Assembly (NCBI RefSeq): GCF_964204645.1
Contig: NC_134034.1
Coordinates: 1,361,972-1,425,971 of the forward strand
Direction of reading: 5' to 3'
DNA from: Tubulanus polymorphus
Taxonomy: Eukaryota; Animalia; Nemertea
Length of the DNA stretch: 64,000 bases
Both the position numbers and the translations under genes were made by a program. A model generated the notes under the pieces. That model had not been told where the DNA came from and searched no databases. It worked only from the letters and a program-made list of their open reading frames with translations. Positions within the stretch are counted from its first letter, which is position 1. Every line of letters starts with the position of its first letter. This document shows positions 12,068-36,090 of this stretch, piece after piece.

Positions 12068-12230
12068 ATACTTACCTGGCACAGAGGTCCACCGTGATCT
12101 GGAAGGCGGTGCCTCTATGGCGAGGCCTGTCATTGCACAAAGACTGGTTGACCCATACGATCTCCCCAAATGTGGGAGACTCGGGTGTACAATTTCTGGT
12201 AGTGGGGGACTGCGTTCGCGCTATCCCCTC
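12068..12230 (+). ncRNA. U1: U1 spliceosomal snRNA, copy 1
   Basis: 5' ATACTTACCTGG; SL1 loop GATCTGGAAG; SL2 loop ATTGCAC; SL3 ctcccc-aaat-gtgggag; Sm site AATTTCTGG; SL4 gggggactgcgttcgcgctatcccct; 163 nt. Confidence 0.96.
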
Positions 12231-12339
12231 TATTTATGAACAAAATAAAAACAGTTTCCATTCGCTCATGTAGATAGATGATCGTTATTGATAATTCTGG
12301 TTCTATATTCAATGTAACAATTTAACACTGCCCTCAGCT

Positions 12340-12600
12340 AATCAACCAATCTTACTACTTAAGATCAGCCTAAGCTCATTCTGGTTCTATAACCAATCTA
12401 ACAACTTAAGACCGGTCTAAGCTCATTTCGGTTCTATAACCAATCTAACAACTTAAGATCAGTCTAAGCTCATTTCGGTTCTATAACCAATCTTACAACT
12501 TAAGACCAGTCTAAGCTCATTCTGGTTCTATAACCAATCTAACAACTAAAGATAATTACGGTTCTTTAGCAAATCTAAAAACTTAAGACCAGTCTAGTGA
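12340..12600. repeat. ~47-bp satellite family D (taaccaatctaacaacttaagaccagtctaagctcattttggttcta); second array at ~20540-20780
   Basis: Tandem units visible directly; related to the interior of the MITE at 57560-57695. Confidence 0.85.
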
Positions 12601-12670
12601 ACAAATCGATGTAGCTCAAGACACGACTGTGCGACTGGCTCCGGTGGTGGATCGATATTTCTCAACTTAC

Positions 12671-12769
12671 AAAGCTTCGTAGGTTTGTTCCATGAATCTG
12701 GATAACCGCATGTATTCCCCATACGGCGTGTCCAATGACAAACCAGTTGTACCGTTCATACCTATCACA
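12671..12769 (-). pseudogene. Orphan copy of the ChAT-like A exon 20838-20938, missing its splice acceptor
   Basis: Essentially identical to 20838-20936, including the downstream donor and flanking satellite. Homology stops 2 nt before the exon start. Confidence 0.85.
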
Positions 12770-13166
12770 TAATGAAATTAAAAAAAAACAAATTATAAAA
12801 TTCGTCAACTTTCGATGGTTTGTTTTTGCGATAGTGGCGGTGTTGGCGATAGCACGTCTGCTCCGACACGAGTCGAGTACAAGCAGTTAGAGAATGACAT
12901 ACATTTCTTCGTCTGGTGTATATCGGTTTTTTGGTATATCGTTTCAAAATTTACGTTTTTCCCGAGGTTCATACGGCGTCGTTCGGATGTTTATATCGGA
13001 CTCGTAAAGATCAACTCGATATTTCACGACGATACAGCGGCTAGCGTTACGAGGCCCAGCGAATTCGATGACGATCCAACGCCCCTCGCGGGAATCTGCG
13101 ACACTATTGAGCGATAATGAATATAGATATTGATTATAACATTCATTAGCGATACCGCGTGGAGCG

Positions 13167-14297
13167 ATGCCGTGTTATCGGAAATGTACCTCGCCTTGTA
13201 ACGAGATTCCTCTTGTGTTATTGTCATTGATTGTCGGATTTTTAGCGTCACCACTAGCAGGTAAGATAAAGAATTGTTGAAATACCAAGCAGTCTAATAA
13301 CGGGTTGGGACAATCAGGGACCAGAGACCGGTAGTTCAGTCAGTGCTTAGTTCTAAGCCATATATGACACCGGAACGATTTGGCCCGGGTCTAACTGGTT
13401 CCGGCCAAACCCGAGTCAAATTTGGTCGGAGCTGGAGAGCGCGTTCACACATGAATCATTTACTCGATGACGCGGTTTTTTGACACGGGCCTGGTCCGAC
13501 GGTTTTGGATGGGCCAGATTTTGCCCGGGACATGAACGGCTTCTGTCCCGGGACAGAAATGATCATGTGATCCACAGCTATTGGATTAGCATATTGAATA
13601 TAATTGTTAGTAAACCAAAACATAGAATTGCATCAAGTCATCGAACTTTTTGTTTTTCTTCATTTCAGGCCAGACATACCCGAGTGCTGGTATATACGGG
13701 CGGAGAGACGGAGATTGCCGAGGTTACGACATTCGCCGAGTGACGAGTGGCAGCTTTTCGACATGCACGAGAACCTGTGACGAAATAGCGTCGTGTAAAT
13801 CGATATCGGTCGGCAAGAACAGCCGTTACGACTGTTGGCTGAAACGCACCACGTGCGCGTCACGCGGAAAAATGACCAGTTACAACACTTTCGAAAAACT
13901 GTACAAAAATTACGGTAAATATCTCTAATTGTATTGAGACGTGCTGCGTGTTTACAAAAATGTCTTGTCGTCTGAGCTTAGTTGAAGAAAGTTCGTTCTA
14001 GATGTCTCGCTAATTTGCATACATTTACATATCGTTGCAGATGCGGGGAAAATTTTCCAATACAAAAACGACTCGAAAATGGCGGATTCGCGACGACCTT
14101 TGAAAACAGGCGTTAAATTCATGTCGGCAGACGATGCGATAACCTGCATGTTGGCATGTAGCCAGGACTCGCAATGTTACATTTCAAATTTCAACTCAAA
14201 AACATTCGAATGTTACACTTTCAGTTTGACGGATTACTATAGGCTGTTCCCAGTCGCGGAGCCCGGTTGGATCTTACATACTGTCTATTTATGGTAA
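13167..14297 (+). CDS. Secreted two-PAN/Apple-domain protein, copy 2 (3 exons)
   Basis: Exons 13167-13260 (MPCYRKCTSPCNEIPLVLLSLIVGFLASPLA), 13669-13914 and 14041-14297; same structure and Cys pattern as copy 1. Confidence 0.85.
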
Positions 14298-14916
14298 CGA
14301 ATGTATTCGGACTTCGGGCGATGATTGCAATTTTGAAAGCTACCGACAGAAACACGATCCGTTTAACTAAGGGTATTTCAGCTATTTCCAATTCGTTTAA
14401 CCGTTGTTTTATTAGCGGTTGCTTTTCTAGCACATTACTCTCAGCTTCGTTCGTTTAAGCGTACGGCATCGATTTAACAATTTTCATTAATTATTCAAAC
14501 CCGATTGACATTTAATTGTTATCATCGATCACCATAAAAATTCACTTATTAAAAAAAAAAAAAATGTTTCATAAACATCTTTTATTATTTATGATCTTTT
14601 CTAATTGTCTGATTTACGATTTTGATACACGCGACGTGTGAGTTGTGGTCGTGTAAGAGGTCCCGAAATTGAGAGATATTTATAATAATTGATTAGTTTA
14701 AAAACGCTATTCATCAATGTAAAAATGTGAACGCAAATTCAGCGTGGCGTAGAGCGAGTTTGTATCCGTCGGTTCGAATCCAGAAAATGAAAACGATGAA
14801 ATACTTAATTGGCTTTAGAAATTCGCATTATCTTTGTTTATTTAAAAAAAAGTCATCGGCGTTTAATTTCAACATAACATGATCGATCACACGAAGCCAC
14901 ACAAAATAATTTCCAC

Positions 14917-15246
14917 GAGTGCAATCCTCTATTGTGGCAGTAGTTTATCTCCTATTGCACACTAGCGACACCTGGTGGATCCTGACTTACAACGAGTAGA
15001 ATCCACTATTGTCGCAGTATTTGATATCCTACCGCACACTAGCGACACCTGGTGGATCTACACTTGTCACAAGTGGAATCCTCTATTGCCGCAGTATTTG
15101 ATATCCTACCGCACACTAGCGACACCTGGTGGATCTACACTTGTCACAAGTGGAATCCTCTATTGCCGCAGTATTTGATATCCTACCGCACACTAGCGAC
15201 ACCTGGTGGATCTACACTTGTCACAAGTGGAATCCTCTCTGCCGCA

Positions 15247-15250
<4 letters not shown>
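14917..15250. repeat. ~77-bp satellite family C (ccaccaggtgtcgctagtgtgcagtaggacatcaactactgcggcaatagaggattccacttgtggcaagtgaggat); other arrays at ~19125-19490, 27645-27950, 33675-33790, 47930-48660, 54070-54530
   Basis: Tandem units visible directly, in both orientations. Confidence 0.9.
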
Positions 15251-25751
<10,501 letters not shown>

Positions 25752-26007
25752 CTTCGACGATTTTCCTCGTTCCTGTATTTGCGAGAATCAGTTACTAAAC
25801 TCCCTAGACGAAGATCAGAACTAATCGTGAAGAACAAAACGATCTCAATTTCCGTCACACATTATCAAAGAGAATTTATTATCTAGAATAGTGGAAAAAA
25901 TGTCAACCACGAGCTTTGGCCAAGTGGTTTAAGCCGCTGATCGTCGGTCTCACCGATCTCGATCGTATTTCTTTCGACTGGGTACGAATCCCAGTAAAAT
26001 TGACCGT

Positions 26008-26390
26008 TGGTCATAGTTTTTCATTTTGATTAAGCCGAAACTATTTTGGTTCTAGCAATTACATTAAACGCCACATAGTTGAGTCTGCCCTAATTACTCG
26101 TCACTCCGATATTACCACCAATTTAAATGATGACTTTTCTCATAATTCCCTTCTTTCTAAATATATAGCTTCATGCCTTGCCAAACACCTATTATTCACT
26201 CACTCACTATTTTACTCAATTAACCTGTTTCACACCTGACGATGCCCTCTAGGGTGAGATCGAAACTATGTTTTTTTTACATTAAACAAATAAATTCTCG
26301 ATTTAAGAAAAAATTATTTTCATCGTACAGAGTGAGTTATTATATAATTATCCGTTCACCACGTTTGAGTGTGGTAATAAAACGAAACAT
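26008..26390 (+). mobile_element. Penelope-like element 3' remnant (GIY-YIG C-terminal fragment plus degenerate hammerhead)
   Basis: Translates as GHSF...(frameshift)...SNYIKRHIVESALITRHSDITTNLN, resembling the R..ES..I...N end of PLE GIY-YIG domains. Followed by cctgacgatg...gatcgaaac at ~26235-26266. Confidence 0.6.
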
Positions 26391-27349
26391 TATTTTGGAG
26401 TGAAAACATACCCGATCTGAACTAGCAGCTGCCCGAAAATCAAGTGAATGTCACGTACAACAACATATGATTTTTAGCGGATGAGAGACCTGCTACGTTC
26501 AGTGTGTGGTGTCAGGTTTCAGACGTTAAGTCGGACTTATGTTAATATTGAGGCGTAAGCGTAAAAAACATATGTTTATCGTTGATTATGTTTGTGATGT
26601 TCTGCTGATGTATGGAAAGTCGGACTTATGTTAATATTGAGGCGTAAGCGTAAAAAACATATGTTTATCGTTGATTATGTTTGTGATGTTGAGTTTGGAC
26701 GAATTGAACGTTATGAAGATTTCTACCTGGTCGCGAACTGGTATTACCTTTAACCCAGGGGCTATCTTAATTCATTTTCGATTTAGTCAGCCTCCGGGTT
26801 AAGGGTAATACCGGTCTGCAAAACCGGGCCCTGGCTGTAAGATAATTACCTTTGTTCAGGGTTGGATTTAGATTTCGTCGAATCGAAGATGCGAAAACTC
26901 CGTCGCAATTAAATTTCATTGATATTTGGTTGAAATCCTGATGACGCCATCCGGTGGTCGGAAACCTGGTTACTCTTACAAAAATGGCGGCCAAGTTATT
27001 TTGTTGTAAACTATTAAGATCCGTTGATGACTCTGAATTTGTTCATTCATCTTTGATACAGGAAAACGAACAAAAAAAATCCAATTTGATTTCAACTTAA
27101 AAAACTGCAGCTTTTTCATTCTCAGAATATATCGATGTATTATCGAAAACTTGTCATTTCCAAAAAACCTTCAATTCAAACCTTGAAATTTGCTGAATGA
27201 TTATAACAGTTCAAATTGACAACGTTCATGGATAGTGAAATCAGTGAAAAACGTGTATTTCTTATTTACGAGCTTACAACTACAAGAATCCTGGCCACGC
27301 CCCTTGCAATGATTGACATGATAATTAGATTCAGCTAGCCGCTGTAATG

Positions 27350-30300
27350 TTAATTAGTCGAAGTCCGTTTTAATAGTTCGACCATTTCTTGCATTGCCGT
27401 GTGGAAAGCTCGATTCACTACTTCTGATGTGGCGCCGTATTTTTCGTGATGTTTATATCCGCGGCAGTTTGTAACTAGCGAATCAGCGCTGGTCGTTGTA
27501 TCGATCCAGTAAGCTTCGTTAGCTCCTCCTCCGCCGATTGTCAGCTGGTCTTGCGGTATCTAATTACAAAGAAAAGAACGTAGTTCAGAGTACTGTAGAT
27601 ATGTTATTCCCCACGCGATAAATCGAATAGGCTTCTTGAAAATGATAATCCACCAGGTGTCGCTATTGTGCAGTAGGACATCGACTACATCAACTACTGC
27701 AGCAATAGAGGATTCCACTTGTGGCAAGTGAGGATCCACCAGGTGTCACTAGTAAGCAGTAGGACATCGACTACATCAACTAATGCAGCAATAGAGGATT
27801 CCACTTGTGGCAAGTGAGGATCCACCAGGTGTCGCTAGTGTGCAGTAGGACATCGACTACTGCGGCAAGAGATGATTCTTTGACTTGCGGCCAGTGAGGA
27901 TGCACCAGGTGTCGCTAGCATGTAGTAGGACATCAACTGCTGCGAAAATAAAGTATTGCCGCTAGCTAAAGGTTATAACTGAAGCTTACGATGCTTATTC
28001 CCAATCCCTCGGGGCCGATGATGGTTTCGTCAGTGTCGTCGAAAGGGTGAACTTTTGGCAAACCGAGTTGATCAGCTATAATATCCAGAGCATAAAGATG
28101 AAGTAATGTTCCTCCGTATTTGAAACTCTGAAAAAAAATGTGACGAGTTTTCGATACGAATTTGATTTTGGGCGTTTAGACACAGGCCAGACACACTATA
28201 GGTGGAGCCACTAGTAGGCGGATTTTGTTGAGGGTTTTTACCATACGTAAAGTCTCTTGATTTTTATCGTTAGCAGTTTTCATCAGGGCCACCCGTTCTT
28301 GGTCCTAAAATGTAAAGTAAGCTAAGACATTACGAATCCAATTCGTCCTTGGCTGGGATTCGAACCCAATTGCGAATGACGAGCGGCCGGACTAACCGTT
28401 ATATTTGAATCGTCCATACTGTCGACCCAATCCTTAGTTTCCTGATGACTGAAATTATGGTAGTGCATGTTGTCTAAGTTCATAGGCTTAGCGTATGAGT
28501 ACATCGGCAACATTTCTCCAGACAACCTGAAAGTGAAAGGTTATTAACAAATCAACGCAATTCTGAAGCAATTATAAGCGATTTTCCGATAGAAAGTTCG
28601 GCTCTATCCCAAAAATTTGGCTCGATTCCAAGTGAACGAGGTCTTACCGTTTTGTAGCGAGCGATAACGCCATTGTGAAGAATGCGTGAGGACTCATTCC
28701 TAATTTCTTAACAACTTCTCTACCGATATTTCTACTAACAAGTGGTAGCGTAGTGGAGACCGCTCCATCGATCATTCTGTGGATAAGAAGTGACAGTGAA
28801 ATTACGCGCATTAACCGGGACTCGAACCCAGGCCGTATACACGCAGACCAAGCGTGCTAACCAGTAGACAAATGAAACTAGTCCACTTGGTCTGTGGTTA
28901 GAGTCGTATTTGGCAGATGTTATGATATTTTACTTACTTATCGAAATATTCTTTGGTTTCGTTTATTTTTTGGCGCATGGAGTCGTCGAGATTCCATGTG
29001 AGTTTATCAACCTCTGGAACTGTAGCGTCTCCGGGTAGATATTCTATAGTTCCGTCTTTAACCAGTTTCCTGAATGACAAAATATCGACATTTCCAAAAT
29101 ATTTCCTAAATAATTTGCTTTAAATTTGATTATAATTCGTCGCAATTTGCCCTGAAAAAAATGACTTGGTAAACTCGACGTAGACCCCCCACGAAGGTAC
29201 TTCCTGCTTCACTGGGTCAATCTAACAGGCAAATCGACTACAGACACCGAGTAGACTGATCATCGGCTAATCAATCAATTCACTAATTACCAGGATTAAA
29301 CTGCAATTAATTCATTGCTATAATAGCATTGTCGCTAATGATGCAGGGTTTGATTTTTTGGCGAAGTCTAGCGCTTGAAATTAATGATAAGACAGTTTGA
29401 TCATCCATTCAAATAATAATCTATTCTTGAACACGGATGTAACTTTCTATTTCGTCTCTAGATGGCACTGATAGTTCCATAAACTTACTCGAACATCGTC
29501 GTGTCTTTCGCAGCTAAGTGATTTGAATCGTGTACGAACCCGTCGTGTTCGCCGTCCTTCGCTCTAAAAAATAAATATGATAAATATAGCCGCGAAGCAG
29601 CGATAACGGGTTTTCAGAAAAATACAATAAATACAGCGGCGAAGCAGCGATAACGGGTTTTCTGCTGCCGTATTATGACATTTCCGCGAGAAATACGTGA
29701 CCACACACTGACGCACAGTAGACTGACGCTGAAACTGTGTAGTCACCACAGAGACACGAATTCAATTCAACTATTCAGGGTTATAAGGATCACAAGGCAT
29801 GAAATAGATATGTTGGTCTGAGATCTCCCCAGCTATAGACAAACGCAGGGGATTTATCATGAAATGACTTACAATGCTTCATGTATTTCCTCTAGATATC
29901 TGGAAGTTTTGAGAAACTCCCCGTACGGGACATCTACCAGTAACCCTGTTGTTCCGTTCATTCCAATTACAATCTCGAACACAAAAAAATAAAAATAAAA
30001 ATGAAAAACATGAAAAATCATCCATCAGCGCCCTCTGGTGTATATAGTGTTAACTAGACATTCAATAATGCCCCTGGTATCGATACAGTTATAAAGACAT
30101 ATATTAGTGTACTCTGTTGTCTAAACACTAAACTAACTAAGGGGTACTTCCATGTTGAACTATAGAAAGAGTACTATAGATCCAAAGTGTCGCCTCCTAG
30201 TGACTACACTATGAACTAGGCAAACGTGACCGCCGTCTGGTGCCTATCCATTGGACATGACAAAACCCGTACCTCCCTCTGGTGTTTATGCAGAGAACTA

Positions 30301-33300
30301 AATGTCAACAATATTTCCCATGGAACCCAAACTGTGATCAAACCTAGACGTACGAAACCGCCACCTGGTGTCTGTATCATCAGACAACTTCGCTTACATG
30401 TAGAATCTTGTCACTCCACCTATTGGCGGCGTACGTACGACTGCTATGACCGAACCATGTTTGCCTGTGCGCGTTGTCTCCGCTGTATGGTAAATCTCTA
30501 CCGATATCCAAACAAACCATCAACATCGCTTCCTTTATCGCGTAGATACTTCGACGATTCGTCGCGTCTGTAATTAAACAGTTAACCTTTTACACGTCAC
30601 CCACCTGGTAGTGACGGTCGATATAGGGTCCTTAGAGAAAGGGTGTAATATAAAAAGTACACCTAAAAGCAAAATAAACTTTAATTTCCAAGAAACACTT
30701 CGACCGGACTCGTAGGATTTAATCTCATATTAGTTCCAGACCTTACCGGTATTTAATTGGCTGTAGACATCCGCCCATTGGTCACGTGGTAGTGTCGGCA
30801 GAATACCGATGTCGGGGTCAAGGCCGTTCTCCGTCTGCGCTCGATTACAAATATTGTCGAGCTGCGCGCGCAGCTGATCTTCAGTGAATAGCCGATGACG
30901 TTCCATGACGGGTAATTTAAAAAACTGAAATCACATGAAACAAATGATGACGTCATAGGGGGATAAGTGAGAGCGGACATCCTGTACAACGAAGAATTAA
31001 GGCAACAATTGCCATTCAAAGAAGGATTATTGATCATATCCTGACTAAAACATTTGAAAATGTCAAAGGGGGAAATAGAGCTGAAATCTTTCTCAGACGC
31101 GTCAGCTATAGATCAAATCATCGAATGAATCAATGACGTCATAGGGGGGTATGCTTTACCTGATTCTGGCAAGCGATGATCAGATATTCACTTCCGGTTG
31201 CGATGTGTTTTGTATGCGGCACCAGTTCGTCGTAGCCTCGATGTGGAGTCAGGTAGGCGTAGGTATTCTGACCGGGATACAGTCCAGTGTTAGGAACTGT
31301 GATTCCGCTGTGTACCCGCTGCGGGGCCATATCCCTGTACGAGTGAGCGTTAAAAATAAAATACTTCAAACTCAACGTCTACAGCTTTTATCCGGCCGAC
31401 GAATCCGTGGACCCAGTTCTACAGTAACCTGTGCTTGATTCAACTCTATGTTGAAATAGGGTTATTTTCAGTTATTCAACATGTCGATATGGGATTGCGA
31501 TGAGCTTAGCCTGGATTTTGCTCCGATCGACTGCGGAACTAGACGATACCCATACCCAACCAAGACTGGACACGAGACCCTCAGGACACTGAATCTAGTG
31601 TCTAACCATATGAAATACGTTTCAAATGTTACGTCATATGAGTGGAATGGTTTGTGCTGTACGTAATTAGCATGATTTACAGACGGTTGACACGCCCCTC
31701 ACCTGTTCATAAGCTGTTGTAACGCCACTTGCTGATGGATTATTTTCGCTGCCACGCTGAAATATTCAACCGCACCGATTACACGCAATTTTCACGAGAA
31801 AAACTACGATTTCAGGAGGATTAGAAATTTTTATAAAAATCAATTTTTATACATATTTAACTTCACGTTAACACATACAGGAAATATGTGATTTAGATAC
31901 GGATTTTTGTAGTAAATATATAACGCATTGTGCTGTGTACATTGCAGCTGCGATCACACGGAAAAACTGTTCACACCGAATTTGACCAGACCAAAAACTT
32001 CGAACCAGGCCCGAGCCGAATCTAAGCGCGGGACAATGTTGATTGCGTTTGAATTGCAACTGGTTCCGGAAATGACTCACTTCGCTTTGATTAAGCATTG
32101 TTTAGTATCGAGTGAGTGGTGAACGCACTCTCTAATTGCCGATTTCCGATTTCAAAATCAAACCCCCTGTTTCGCTCCCGGCAGGTGTGGTGGTTCTGTA
32201 AGGGACACTCAATCGAAAAATCAAACGAAATTTACCAATAAGCCGAAATAAGCCTTTTTACAATTTCCAGGCGCCATTTTTGGGGTACCCGTCGGGCAGA
32301 ATTTGACTCTGGCCGAATCGTCTACGTGTGATCGCGGCTCGTGAACAATCTATCGTTTTTTTGTTGCTGATGAAATATGACCCGTTGCGTGACCCACCTT
32401 ATGACGTCACTTATCGATACCGAATTTAGATGACGGTGGCCCCTGGCAGACGTTTACTCAGTAGAAATTCATAGATTTATGGTGTCATAGGGGGAACCAT
32501 TTAAAGGAACCATATTTCGTTATAGTTCTATGAATCAAAGTTTTACGCACATTGATGACGTAATACTAGGGAGATTTATGGAGATTTATTTTGAGATGAC
32601 GTCATAGGAGAATCCATCGAATTCGCCATATTTCCCATATATAACACACTCTAAGCCGAGAGGATTGATGACGTAATAGGGGGATTCATGCAGGGGTGTT
32701 CCTACCGTATGAATTCCGACTGGTTTTTCATAACGACTCTATCCGGATGAAACGCCACGGCTGAACCTTGGACGGACTGACATACTTTGTCTCTACCGAG
32801 GAATTTTAAATCATCATCTTGTATTTTTATATCCACCAACTTAAAAAACATGTCACCAATTAGATTAAACATATAATTCTGATTTATAGCGGCAGATATG
32901 TTTTTGGAATGGTCAGTGGGGTAGCCATGTTTTTGGAATGGTCACTGAGGGTAGCCATGTTTTTGGAATGGTCAGTGGGGGTAGCCATGTTTTTGGAATG
33001 GTCACTGAGGGTAGCCATGTTTTTTTGGAATGGTCAGTGGGGGTAGCCATGTTTTTGGAATGGTCAGTGAAGGTAGCCATGTTTTTGGAAGGGTCAGTGA
33101 AGGAAGTGACCATTTTTGGAAGGGTATATAGAAAAAGCCCTTTTGTTTTGAAAGGTCTATTATAGTGTTTTGTCGAAAATGGTCTATAGAGGCAGCCATC
33201 TTGGCCGGAAGGGTCAATAGACGTTGCCTTTTTGTTTGGCAGGGTTATAGAGAGGCGGCCATTTTGACTAGAAAAGGTCTATAAAAGCGGCCATGTTGAG

Positions 33301-33617
33301 AAGGATTTATAGAGGCGGCCATCTTGTTTGGACCGGGCTATAGACAAATACATCTCGTCTGGACTGATCTTTAGACACAGACATCTCGACTGTTCTGTTC
33401 TACAAATTCGCCTTCGTGAAGGTGTTTGAATAAGTACCCAGTTTTCACTAGAAGCTGCTATTCTTTCTAACTCCGCCTGAGCTTGTCTCGTAACGCTGCC
33501 CGCTTTCAGCATATCGGCTACGTCACGCCTCTTTTCGGCCATCACTTCCGGCGTAGCGTAAACTCTTCGCAATTCCAAAAAATCGTCCAGAACATTCTCC
33601 AGGGGTAGAATCGGCAT
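27350..33617 (-). CDS. Choline acetyltransferase-like paralog B; reading frame intact; no catalytic His; N-terminus uncertain
   Basis: Approximate exons 33438-33617, 32706-32839, 31703-31756, 31160-31334, 30747-30924, 30399-30568, 29873-29973, 28938-29069, 28648-28776, 28397-28526, 28242-28304, 27990-28127, 27350-27559, all phase-compatible. The protein ends ...AFHTAMQEMVELLKRTSTN*. A possible upstream exon lies at 34381-34453. Confidence 0.88.
31945..32339. mobile_element. MITE with short TIRs
   Basis: agctgcgatcacacg ... cgtgtgatcgcggct; its internal segment ~32150-32240 recurs at ~45435-45520. Confidence 0.55.
32898..33122. repeat. 30-bp tandem repeat
   Basis: gtagccatgtttttggaatggtca(g/c)tg(g/a)gg x~7. 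Confidence 0.9.
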
Positions 33618-34097
33618 CTGGACATCAGAAAGATTATTTTGTTTTCAATACTTGCAACTACGGTAAGATTACTGTGGCAAGTGAGTGTGGCGCTAGTGTA
33701 GGATATCAACTACTGCGGCAACTGTCGATACCATTTGTGGCAATTGAAGATCCACCAGGTGACGCTAGTGCGCAGTAGGATATATACTTACGTGACAACT
33801 GACAAACCGTAAGCTAGTTAGAAATGAAAACGAATATTGGGTTTCGAACCCAATGCCATAGAGACGATCCCAAAAAACATACCGTATACGTGGACATCGA
33901 TCTGGTGACTTCCACTTGACTCCCTGTAATCACTCCACTTCCAGTCACAATACGTAACAGAGAAGCAGTTAAACATCTCGTTCCCGCGATTCGTTGCATA
34001 ACTTTTGAAAATATTTCTGATCACAACAAAACTGAGATATTTTCGATAGAAAACTTAAAACGAAGAAACAGTTTTGAAATATAGTTATCGACAGGCT

Positions 34098-34206
34098 GGG
34101 TCCAGTTCCACAGTTCTGAGTTAAGATTGACCCTGAGTTAACTCATTGAAAAGGAACTAATTTCTAACTCAGAGTTAACTCTAACTCACAACTTTGGAAC
34201 TGGGTC
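34098..34206. mobile_element. ~110-bp MITE whose TIRs match satellite family A
   Basis: gggtccagttccacagttctgagttaa ... ctaactcacaactttggaactgggtc. Confidence 0.6.
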
Positions 34207-35902
34207 GACTACGCAATAGTGACGTGTTTGAAAATGTGTTTAAATTCTGTCAACATATGCTACACCTTGTGGGTTTGGCGCCAATCTGTTAAAGCTTACC
34301 GATTATCATTAATGCTCTTGTATAAATAAGCAATAACTTCAAATCGTAACTTTACTCAAATTATGGCCACATAAGCTCACAGGTGTTTGGCGATGGGCTT
34401 TGATTTTATTTCCGAGTTGTTGATCATCTCGCGAGAATGGCGCTAAATATGAACTGCGAATAAATTCAAAATATCACGGAAATACCTTGTGTTTATATTG
34501 TTTATTTATCCGCTATTAAGCTCCGATAAACAATTGGTCGTTAAGGATCATTATCAGACGGTCGTGACGCTTTACTATATAAAATCACTTAGTGATTTTA
34601 TACGCCAAGCCCCTGTGCTTACCCAAAAACATCCTAAACTCTCCCTAGGTATCTAATAATTAATCCATAGTTAATTTGTATTTTGTTTAATGATTAATCC
34701 CTGATTTATACTATTCTAGTTTGTTTTAAACTCATTTCGGAAAATGGGTTTGTTATTTATAACAGTTCCAAAGTCGTCGGTTGCGGTTCAGTTTTCTGAT
34801 AAAATCAGTGCATTTTATGATTTGTTCTTAATAATCTTCTCTGTGACTGATTTCTGGAGACGACTATAAGACATCCAATTTGAGTCAAGGGAATGTTTGA
34901 CGTCTTTTCTATTGTTTCATCTGAAAATAAAGCTCAAGGTCGAACAAAGGTTAACCGCATGACGTCACATCTCGCCGTATTGGCTTTCGGTCGTGATTTT
35001 CCAATCGTCTGCTTCAATGGTTACGAAGTAGTGGCTCAGTGGTAGTGCACTGGGCCTCCACGACAGGACCTCGGGTTCGCCTCCCCTCGTGGATATATTT
35101 CAAAACATTGATCTCCTTTTTGACTCCGGTTACGTGGATTGTTAGAACTGTAAAAGCTGTAAGACATGTAGGGAATTAATCTGCTTTTATGCTTTAAGTT
35201 TTTGCTTTATTTCTAAAAGTTTTAAAGCTCGTTTGGAAAGATGGAGGGGCCATGACAGTTGTGAGTTGTCAGATTTAACTCTTGAAAATGAACTAATACG
35301 CACTGAGATTTAATTCTAACCTGACTTTAAATCGTCAGTTATCCACAAATTGACCTTGATAAAGTCGTCAGTTATCCTCAAATTGACCTTGAAAATGTCG
35401 TCAGTTATCTACCAGTTGACCTTGATAAAATTGGGCCCTGATTTTGTAATTAAGGTATCTGTTCAGGAACGACATCTACCAACGTCCAGCTTTCCGCTCC
35501 TGACTCTTTATACGAACTGATTCAACGTATTGAGTCTACATTCTATCGATGAATTGTAGCTATGCGTCTACAGCCCACATTAGGATTTTTAATACCAAAC
35601 TATCCACTTTCAAGTGTTTGGGATTAAAAGTCCCAAAGCAGACCGGACATGGCTCCACGTGACCTTGAAATCCTTATCCATCTTTTCTGTTATCGATCGT
35701 CGAGACCTTTTTTTTCAGCGGCAGGGGATTTCGGGTCGATGAAATAAAAAGTTTCGTCGCGTTTAAGTGGTTTTTTGTCGGCGCGATAAAAGTAAGACGT
35801 TACAATTGTGCATTTCTTGGTGTCTGTGAGATCGAGCGAGATTTCGAAGTTGTTGGCACCATTTCTATACATTGTTTTGTGCGTGAGGAAACTTTGTGTA
35901 AC

Positions 35903-36090
35903 TTCTGGGTATTTGTAGCAAGGGGTTAACCCATATCTCATCGGCCCATTCTGGGTATTTGTAGCAAGGGGTTAACCCATATCTCATCGGCCCATTCTGG
36001 GTATTTGTAGCAAGGGGTTAACCCATATCTAATCGGCCCATTCTGGGTATTTGTAGCAAGGGGTTAACCCATATCTCATCGGCCCATTCT
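35903..36090. repeat. 46-bp tandem repeat x4
   Basis: ttctgggtatttgtagcaaggggttaacccatatctcatcggccca. Confidence 0.92.

Noticed and set aside
25911-25995. tRNA-like sequence with A and B boxes (also 35027-35092 and 28815-28870)
   Set aside because: No consistent acceptor and anticodon stems; more likely SINE heads or decayed tRNA-derived repeats
35690-35941. 83-aa minus-strand ORF as the N-terminus of ChAT-like B
   Set aside because: It starts inside a 46-bp tandem repeat, and I could not build a phase-consistent splice path to 33617
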